Shown here piece after piece: positions 54,291 to 64,000 of a stretch of 64,000 bases of DNA (position 1 is its first letter; each line of letters begins with the position of its first letter). A model generated the notes under the pieces. That model saw only the letters and a list, made by a program, of their open reading frames with translations. It did not search any database and was not told the origin of the DNA. The translations under genes and the position numbers were made by a program. The DNA is from Octopus vulgaris (lineage: Eukaryota): NCBI GenBank assembly GCA_951406725.2, contig OX597831.1:33976001-34040000 (forward strand), given 5' to 3'.

Positions 54291-54880
54291 TTTCAAATTT
54301 GCTTCCATTTCTTGCCGAGTGTCTTCCTGACTCCTAGGGCAAAGAAACTCATACATTGGTAGGCCATTAAACCAAACTCAGTAGTTCGTTCATTTTTTTT
54401 TTTTTTATTTTTTTTTTAAAGTTAAATTAAAATACATGAGCAGCAACAGTTCTCACATCGACAATGCTCTTCTCAATACGTGTGATGTACCAGTTAAGAC
54501 AATCTTTTGCACTTCTTGCAGGGATGGTAAGCCAGGGATCATTCTCATATAATTTTCGGTTCCCTTCTTGATCATTCCTAGTGCTCCTACGATCACTGGT
54601 ATTGTAACCGCCTTGAGATGCCACATTTTCTCAATTTCAATGAGTAGGTCTTTATATTTTCTGAGCTTGTCAAACTCTTTCGCTGAGATATTATGATCAC
54701 AGGGGATGCTCATGTCGATCAATAAGCAAACTTTATTGTTTTGGTCTTTCACAACAATATCTGGTTTATTGGCCTTGATGGTTCGGTCTGTATGTACTGG
54801 AAAGTCCCACAGAATGGTTACATTTTCTCCTTCAGTTACAGCCTCAGGGTGGTGATTATACCACTTGTCGGCAGTTTTGA
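54291..54880 (-). mobile_element. Second Dong/R4-clade element, 3' end (RLE domain open to the stop at 54453)
   Basis: WYNHHPEAV..ILWDFPVHTDRTIKANKPDIVVKD..LIDMSIP..KLRKYKDL..IPVIVGALG..QKIVLTGTSHVLRRALSM*. (TAT)n on both sides. Confidence 0.9.
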
Positions 54881-54983
<103 letters not shown>

Positions 54984-55966
54984 TCGCTTAGGCAGAGAAG
55001 TGCTGATAACTTAGTGTTAGAACTAAAAAAACACATAATTCAGAAACACGCGTCAGTCGAGTAGAGAACAGTAGTAAGAAATTAAATGACACGGGAATAA
55101 GAAGTTATGTAAGGAAGTTCAAAAAATAATTTCTTAATTTCTTTTAACCTTGTACTTAATTCACTGTTTGGGTTCCGGCCATCCTGGGGCACCGCATTGA
55201 AGTGCTTAGTCAAACAAATCGACCCCAGCACTTCTTATTCTTTAAGCCTGGGACTTATTATATCGATCGCTTTCGCCTAACCACTAAGTTACGGGAACGT
55301 AACCAAACCTACTTTGGTTACGTAATTAGTACTGATGTCTCCTTTACTTTTTCTTTTCTCTCATTAATTTAGAAAACAATTAGCGGAATATTTCTTCATT
55401 AACTGGATAATTATTAGTTACTGATATCCTTTCCATTTACGTGTCCAGTCTTGACACGGCAAATAAAAAACTCAAAATTATCACGTGCCTTAAAAAGCAC
55501 CATTTAATATAATTTTCTATATCTTTTAAAATCATTTTCGGTTTTATTTTTTATCATTGGTGTTTTATCTGTTATTTGCAGTTTTTTTTCCTTATTTTAT
55601 TCTCAAAGTTCAGTCTAAATTAAAATGACATTTGTTGCTGATATTTCGCATGATAAATGAATAAATTGCGTTCCTTGACAGAACCGACGCTAATTTTTCT
55701 TTATTAACAATATCCCAATGAAATACAAACATGAAATAAATCTGTTTTTAAACTTATTTAAAAGACGCGGAGAAAAGACACGCAAATTCAACGAAGAATC
55801 TGTTACCTTGAGGCAAAAATAATAAAACAAAAAAGGAGAAAGAAAAGAAAAATGTGTAATATCATAAACTACAAGTCAGGAAGTAAATGACACCATTTTG
55901 AGGATATTAGCAAACATATAACTTATGCAATGGTGCATATTTCATATAGAAAATAATCAACATAAT

Positions 55967-57268
55967 CTTCTTCTTCTTCTTCTTCTTCTTCTTCTTCTTC
56001 TTCTTCTTCTTCTTCTTCTTCTTCTTCTTCTTCTTCTTCTTCTTCTTCTTTTTCTTCTTCTTTTTCTTCTTCTTTTTCTTCTTCTTTTTCTTCCCCTTCT
56101 TCTTCTTCTTCTTCTTTTTCTTCCTCTTCTTCTTTTTCTTCTTCTTTTTCTTCTTCTTTTTCTCCTCCTCCTTCTTCTTCTTTTTCTACTTCTTTTTCTT
56201 CCCCTTCTTTTTCTTCTTCTTTTTCTTCCTCTTCTTCTTTTTCTTCCTCTTCTTCTTTTTCTTCTTCTTTTTCTTCTTCTTTTTCTCCTCCTCCTTCTTC
56301 TTCTTGTTCTACTTCTTTTTCTTCCTCTTCTTCTTTTTCTTCTTTTTTTTCTTCTTCTTTTTCTCCTCCTCCTTCTTCTTCTTTTTCTTCTTTTTTTTCT
56401 TCTTCTTTTTCTCCTCCTCCTTCTTCTTCTTTTTCTTCTTCTTTTTCTTCTTCTTTTCCTTCCTCTTCTTCTTTTTCTTCTTTTTCTTCCTCTTCTTCTT
56501 TTTCTTCTTCTTTTTCTTCTTCTTTTTCTCCTCCTCCTTCTTCTTCTTTTTCTTCTTCTTTTTCTTCTTCTTTTTCTTCCTCTTCTTCTTTTTCTTCTTC
56601 TTTTTCTTCTTCTTTTTCTCCTCCTCCTTCTTTTTCTTCCTCTTCTTCTTTTTCTTCTTCTTTTTCTTCTTCTTTTTCTCCTCCTCCTTCTTCTTCTTCT
56701 TCTTCTTCTTCTTTTTCTCCTCCTCCTCCTCCTCCTTCTTCTTCTTCTTCTTCTTCTTCTCCTCCTTCTTCTCCTCCTCCTTCTTCTCCTCCTCCTTCTC
56801 CTTCTTCTTCTTCTTCTTCTTCTTCTTCTTCTTCTTCTGCTTCTCCTCCTCCCTCCTCGTCCTCCTCGTCCTCGTTCTCGTCCTCCTCCTTCTTCTTCTT
56901 CTTCTTCTTCTTCTTCTTCTTCTTCTCCTCCTCCTCGTCCTCCCTTCGTCCTCGTCCTCCTCCTCCTTCTTCTCCTCCTCCTTCTTCTCCTCCTCCTTCT
57001 CCTTCTTCTTCTTCTTCTTCTTCTTCTGCTTCTCCTCCTCCTCCCCTCCTTCTGCTTCTTCTTCTTCCTCTCCCTCCTCGTCCTCCTCGTCCTCGTTCTC
57101 GTCCTCCTCCTTCTTCTTCTCCTCCACCTCGTCCTCCCCTCGTCCTCCTCCTCCTCCTCGTCCTCCTCCTTCTCCTCCCCGTCCTCCTCCTTCTCCCCGT
57201 CCTCCTCCTCCTCCTCCTTCTTCTTCTTCTTCTTCTTCTTCTTCTTCTTCTTCTTCTTCTTCTTCTTG
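55967..57268. repeat. About 1.3-kb polypyrimidine/polypurine (CTT/CCT/TTT)n tract
   Basis: Directly visible; source of the poly-L, poly-R and poly-K ORFs. Confidence 0.95.
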
Positions 57269-57439
57269 ATACTTAGCAGCGGCACGTCTTCCGTCTTAAT
57301 GCTCTGAGCTCGGCTTTGCATTTCGTCCTTTCGGAGCCGACAAAATACGTACCAGCTGAACACTGGGGTCGATGTAATCCACTCTCCCCACCCCAACTCG
57401 CTGGCCTTGAACCAGAGTTTGAAACCAATACTTCAATTA

Positions 57440-57539
57440 CTACGACCATCATCATCATCATCATCATCACCATCATCATTATCATCATCATCATCAACAC
57501 AACCACCATCATCATCAACACCACCAACACCACCATCAT

Positions 57540-57571
<32 letters not shown>

Positions 57572-57905
57572 CCAACACCATCATCATCATCATCATCATC
57601 ATCATCGTCATCATCATCATCATCATCATCATCATCAACACCACGACGACGACGACCACCACCACCACCACCATCATCATCATTAATATTTTTTTCATCT
57701 TCTCCCTCTTGTTGCTGTTTTTGTTGTTGTTGTTGTTCTCATTATTATCAGCAGCATCATCATCGTTGTTTATAACTTCTATTGTTGTCAATTATATTAT
57801 CATCATGATCATCATTATCTTCAGCACCTCCACAATAATCACTATCATTATTGTTGTTGCTGTTGTTGTTGTTATTGTTGTTGTTGCCGCTGCTGCTGTT
57901 GCTCT
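57440..57905. repeat. (CAT)n/(CAC)n/(TGT)n trinucleotide region
   Basis: Directly visible. Confidence 0.9.
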
Positions 57906-59129
57906 GGTTAATATGGTGGTTTTAACAGTAATTAATTAACCGCCGTTAATTCGCAATCATACGCGGGCGATTTTGAAAAATTGAAATTTCTAACTTAATT
58001 AATTGACCATTAAAAATATGATTAAGTGCAATTAAGGTCCAGTAATCAAAGTTGGGGGGCGGGTGATTGATTATCAAAACCGGTTAGTGTGTTGAACAGA
58101 ATGAAATGCCTTGCGGTATATATTCTGGCTCTCTGCATTCTGAGTTCAAATCCCGCTGAAGTCAGCTTCACCTTTTCTCTTCGAAATAATAAAATTCCAA
58201 TCGAGTAATAGGATCGTTTCTTCTCGTTCTCTCCCTTCGTACTTTCTCCTCCTTTCTCTTTATCTCTCTCTCTCTCTTTCTCTTTATCTTTCGTCTTCTA
58301 TTTCCTCTCCCCTCTCTCTTCTAGATATAGAGAAAGGTCGAGTAAGGAGTTATGTCTCTTCCCATAGAAAACAGGTTCCTACCGTGTATTGCAGCCGTGG
58401 TGAGGAAGAACAACAAAACTAACAAGAAGACGGGGAGGAGGAAGAAAAAGAAAAAGAAGAAGAGGGGGAAGAAAAAGAGGAAGAGGAAGAAGGAGGAAAA
58501 GAAGAAGGAAGAAAGAGGAAGGAGAGAAGGAAGAAAAAGGAAAACGAAAAGAGGCGGAGCAAGAGGAGGAAGAAGGAGAGGAACAAGAGAAGGAGGAAAA
58601 AGTATTGATACTGTATGTATGTATGTATGTATGTATGTATGTATGTATGTATATATGTATGTATGTTTGCCTGCAGCCAAACAGCTGTATCTCCGAGAAA
58701 TGATCTTATGCTGTAACTTATATGATATATATATCAGTGATGCACCATATTTGCTGTACTAGAATTTGGCATAAAACTAGCCGAGTTTCTGCCTTTGACT
58801 GACTTGAAATATTCGTGGGTCTAAGTGTGTGGTAGAGATTATAATGTTTGCTATCTTGATTATGTAATGAGCAGAATATTCAATAGCTACAGTATCAAAT
58901 GATCCTGTCATTTTCATCAAATTAATATTTCTGCTTAATCTTTCCATGCACATTTCAGCAAAATACACACAATGTTCCTATCGAATATTTTTGCCAAAAC
59001 GTTTTTGGAAAACAAGTAGATGAATTATTTTTTCCTTTGCAGCTTCCCAGCTTGCTATTTTGAAGTCAAACCGTCCAACCAATGCCAGTATGGAAAGCGG
59101 ACGTTAAACGACGACAATGATGATTATTC

Positions 59130-59730
59130 CCGTCGAGCATATTTTGACAAATAATTTTGCTAAGCGCTTTTAAAGGTTGCTTCAAACAAATATTTCCATC
59201 AGACATTTCTTTCAAACACTTCTTCCGAACATATCACCAAACGTGTTTTTACTATTACTTCTATGAAATATTTGCGACAAAATTTTCTATTGAATATTTC
59301 TTTCAAACCTTTCTGCAAAATATTTATTATAGACATTTCTATCAGACATTTCTATATCTGTTTTTCAAACGTCTCAATCATACAGCTACTTCAAACATTT
59401 TATGAATGTCTCCATCGACTCTTTCTATGATATATCCATCCCAAACCTTTCTAACGTTTCTATCAAACACTTCTTGCAAATGTTTCTGCCCAACGTTTCT
59501 TTCAAACAATTATATCAAACATTTCTTCCAAATGTTTCTTTCAAGCGTTTCTGACAAGTTTTTCTAACAATATTTTCTATCAAATATTTCCATAAAGAGA
59601 TTCCACTGATATTACTACGAAATACTTCTATTCATAAATACTTTGAATAGTTCCGTTTAACAATTACATCAAATGTGTCTATGGAATGGTTTTTATTAAT
59701 CGAATGTTTCTATCAAATCTTTCTATGCAA
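59130..59730. repeat. Degenerate minisatellite, unit of about 13 bp (AAACATTTCTATC)
   Basis: Many variants, e.g. AGACATTTCTATCAGACATTTCTAT and TTTCTATCAAACA. Confidence 0.65.
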
Positions 59731-62024
59731 TTTTTCTTACAAAATTCGTTTCAATGAAATTTATTTTCATCTAGTTTAATTTTGTGGAAGATATAATGAT
59801 TCTTGTACAAAGCCCAATCACGCAGCTGCGTATTTAAGTCTCTTAATAGGCTCATGTGAGTCTAACAGATAATGTTGCCACTTTGGAATTGGTAACTGGC
59901 ATTCGTAAACATAAAGTTATCAACTATTGATAAAAATCATCATTGATAAGATACTTGCCATATTAGAAATTGTTGTACGTCACACAATCTCTTATATCAA
60001 TACTATGTACAATGAAAGCAGGCCCATTTTATCTGATTGGAGCTAAATTTAACTGTCTATTTATAATATTCTTTTATGAGCATTCGCCTGTTTGTTAAGA
60101 TTGATGATATGCCATAAAAGATTGACGAAATATAATAAAAACTGAAGATGGTCTGTTTAAATTTTCTTCAGTGTGGTTTGTTTTGGAGTCAGTTCCAAAC
60201 CATATCTAGCAGACGATAATTGATATCGTTAAAATGTATCCCTTTACATCGTTAAAAGTATCCAAGTAACGTATTGTTGCCAGAAGCTTTATGTCTGTAT
60301 TGTAAAAAAATAATTGATTGTGTTGTAAAAATTTAGAACAGGAACATGTAATAATATAAAAGTTGTCCCTAAAATATTTCTACAGTTCGTTTCACAAATG
60401 CAATATTCTTATTCTACCTCCTCTATCACTATTAGTCAGAAACTTCTATACAATACGGTTTCATATTTCTCCTCGCTATCTGAGCGATTCAGTCCTGTTA
60501 AGTACGAAACTATTTAAATCAGCCATATTACATATACATATATATAATCAATATTTACTTTTCAAAGTTCCTGCTTTGATAAATATCTTATAGATAATAA
60601 GGTCAATTCTATTATCATCTCTGACAGGTCCTTTACAAACGAAACAATCTTGCCAACAGAATTCTAGAAGTTCTCTTTCACCATCCATCTATGCATCCCT
60701 CTATCCGTCCACCTATCCAGCCAGCCAGCCAGCCAGCCATCTATCTATCCACCTCACTATCCGTCGATCCACCCTTCTATCCTTCTATATATCTCTCCAC
60801 CCTCCCGTCCATCTAGCCATCCTCTCGAAAGCAAATTGGCAATAATTCACGATTAACAATAATATTTTTATTTATTTGATTACCTTCTTATTCATTTAGT
60901 TCTCACTTATTCGTGCAACTTCGCTTCCGTTCAATCAATTTCTGATCAGTATCAATGAATCGTTTCATATTATGTCATTTCCAATATACCGTAGACATAA
61001 AAATATCGAATTTTTTAACAATCATTATACACTTATTTTCTGCTTTTTCTACAAGTAACAGCCAGATAATTTATTGATTTTTTTCCAGAATATATATTTT
61101 TTTCTCCCGTATTTCTTCAACCTTCTTTTGTATCGTTGTCTTTCTATATCATGCAGCGTACTCTTCTTTTACCTGCTTTTGTTATAATATTTTGTTGTTT
61201 TTTTGGGGTTGTTGTGAACTGTTGCGATTTCATTATAGTTACTATTGTTGTTGTTGCTATTCTGTTGCTATTGTTGTTGCTTTTATTGTCACTATAGTTG
61301 CCATTACTATTCTTATTTTCGCTGTTATTGTTGTTGTCGCTCTTGGTCTTGTTATTGTCGTTGCTGCTGTTGTTGATGTTGCTATCGTTGTTGATGTTGT
61401 TGCTATTTTTGCTTCTACTATTCTTCTTCTTCTTGCTATTGTTGTTATTGTCTAACCCCATATCGGCTCTGACACAGTGAACCTGTGATCAGAAGCATTC
61501 AAGCCAAGACAATCCACTCAGTCTTTCAGCAAGAATAGTGTATCGTGGACTACACCTTGCAATGTCAGTTTTTGTAAGCTGCAGGATGTTGGGTGAAGTA
61601 GATAAGACTCATCGAGCCGAGAGGGGCCCAAAAGCGCTCCATTGATCACGTTTTCACTTTTTCCTTTTCCTTCAGATATATTGTATGTAAAACTACATTT
61701 GCAAATACAACTTTTCATTAGATGACATTTGATGTGAGGAATTTTCAGCTGCGATCTTTGACAGATTGAGCCGGAGTGAGGTAGCAGCAGCAGCAGCAGC
61801 AGTGGTGGTGGTGGTGGTGGTGGTGGTGGTAGTAGTAGTAGCAGCAGTTATCGTGTTTGAATTTCAGTTTTGTTGAATCCGCGGCTTGAACTTATATCTC
61901 AAACACCAATAAAATTTTTGAAAAAAGCGCTTCAGCAGTATCATTCATGTGTTTATATAGTTCTAGAAATGTCTAGGACTACGTCATCCAATGTGTCTCA
62001 CTTCCCTTTTTAAGACATATTCCG

Positions 62025-62085
62025 GGATAGACAGACAGACAGACAGACAGACAGATATATGGATGGATAGATAGACAGACAGATG

Positions 62086-62137
<52 letters not shown>

Positions 62138-62154
62138 GGTAGATAGACAAATAC

Positions 62155-62207
<53 letters not shown>

Positions 62208-62208
62208 A

Positions 62209-62264
<56 letters not shown>

Positions 62265-62495
62265 GCAGATAGATAAATAGATAGATATAGATAGACATAC
62301 AGACAGACAAACAAATAAACAGATAAATAAATAGATAGATCGATAAACATAGAGAGACAAAGAGAGAGAGCGTGCGAGAGAGAGAAGGAGAGAGAGCGAG
62401 AGAGAGAGACAAAGAAAGAAAGAGAAGGAGAGAGTGAGAGAGAGACAGAGACAGAGAGAGAGAGACAGAGACAGAGAGAGGAAGAGAGAGAGAGA
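62025..62495. repeat. (GATA)n/(GACA)n/(GA)n microsatellite
   Basis: Directly visible. Confidence 0.95.
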
Positions 62496-62747
62496 ACTCG
62501 TCGCTATTCCTAATAGTTACCTTTAGACCTGCCGGTAACAATATCTGAAGACGGAAATAAAGTTGTCTACTTCAGCTAATGTAGCGCTGTAACCAACAAC
62601 AACAACAACAACAACAACGGCAACAACAATAACCACAACAACAACCACAACAACAGCAACAGCAACAACTGCAACAACGACATCAACAACTACAAAAATA
62701 ACAATAGCAACAACGTCATCAGTATATTAAAAGATCGCTGGTTGTAT

Positions 62748-63146
62748 GGCGGCGAGCTGGCAGAAACGTTAGCACGCCGGGCGAAATGCTTGGAGGTATT
62801 TCGTCTGCCGCTACGTTCTGAGTTCAAATTCCGCCGAGGTCGACTTTGCCTTTCATCCTTTCGGGGTAGATTAAATAAGTACCAGTTGTTCACTGGGAGT
62901 CGATATAATCGACTTAATCCGTTTGTCTGTCTTTGTTTGTCCACTCTATGTTTAGCCCCTTGTGGGTGGTAAAGAAATAGGTATTTCGTCTGTCTTTACG
63001 TCCTGAGTTCAAATTCCGCCGATGTCAATTTTGCCTTTCATCATTTCGGGGTCTTTAAATTAAGTACCAGTTGCGTACTGGGGTCGATCTAATCGACTGG
63101 CCCCCTTCCCACAAAATTTCGGGCCTTGTGCCTAGAGTACAAATGA
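62748..63146 (+). mobile_element. SINE family B dimer with a degenerate TSD
   Basis: Flanks AAAGATCGCTGGTTGT / AAAGATAGCTGGATGT. Confidence 0.85.
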
Positions 63147-63512
63147 AAAGATAGCTGGATGTCTTTCTTTTCTGTCACTTGTTTTACTTTTCGCCTGTCA
63201 GTGAGATATAGTCGAATTAATAAAAATTCTTATTTCATTAGAAACGATGTCTTTCCTGAAGACATGATGATTCGTAGACATAATTTGTTCTGCAAATACG
63301 AAATGGGTGACGTTCCTCAGAAATAGTTGCCAAGAAAGTAATAGAATGTAATTCTTCAAAATGAATGATTCACATTGTCTTACATCACACGTAACGTCTC
63401 TCCTATACCAATAAATGTACTCTTACGGAAACATAGTTACAAGCACATATATACGGTTAAAATTGAGTCTATAAAACATGATTCTGTGTTAATTTGAAAA
63501 TTCACACATGCG

Positions 63513-63603
<91 letters not shown>

Positions 63604-63861
63604 GTGTGTGTGCGTATGTGTGTGTGTGCGTATGTGTGTGTGTATGCGTCTGCCTATTTGCGCTCACATATACATATATATGTATACATAATTACAAATA
63701 TATAGTTCACAGATGAGTTCCAGATGAAATCAATAAAAAAAAGTCGCACTAGAGATTTCTTGTGTCGGCTTGCTAACAGCTATATGTCCATCAAATTCGA
63801 GAATGAATAAAAGCAAAGAAAAATTAGTGAAACGCAAAAAATTCAAATATATATATATATA

Positions 63862-64000
63862 GGTGCAGGCATGGCTGTATGGTAAGAAGCTTACTTCCCA
63901 ACAACATGGTTCCGTGTTCAGTTCCACTACATGGCACCTTGGGCGAGTGTCTTCTACTATAGCTTCGGTCCAACCAAAGCCTTGTGAGTGGATTTGATAG
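63862..64000 (+). mobile_element. SINE family A head (runs off the window)
   Basis: GGTGCAGGCATGGCTGTATGGTAAGAAGCTTACTTCCCAA... Confidence 0.9.

Noticed and set aside
55925-57396. Protamine-like 479-aa R/K ORF and poly-L/poly-F ORFs
   Set aside because: This is a (CTT)n-type tract open in several frames on both strands, and the start of the R/K ORF lies inside a SINE.

Overview
AT-rich, microsatellite-saturated metazoan DNA, most likely octopus or another coleoid cephalopod. That call is inferred from the three abundant tRNA-headed SINE families and the (TA)n/(TATC)n/(CATA)n load. I find no host protein-coding exon, and nearly all long ORFs are simple-repeat artefacts. The window is a transposon graveyard: a complete but degenerate pogo element, mariner/Tc1 and hAT derivatives, Dong/R4-, Hero-, RTE-, CR1/L2- and Penelope-like retroelement fragments, about 25 SINEs and one truncated tRNA-Arg(ACG). 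Four observations stand out. (1) Two diverged copies of a CCHC zinc-knuckle ORF1 (L1/Tx1-like) element have their 5' junctions at the same position in the tRNA-like head of one SINE family; one copy has a 17-bp TSD and no ORF2. (2) There are several type I hammerhead-ribozyme folds, including a 111-bp tandem array with an intact CUGAAGA/GAAA/GUC core. (3) A LINE 3' end shares its terminal stem-loop with that SINE. (4) Many fold-back palindromes sit in or next to (TA)n tracts. Coordinates were read by eye and may be off by a few bases.
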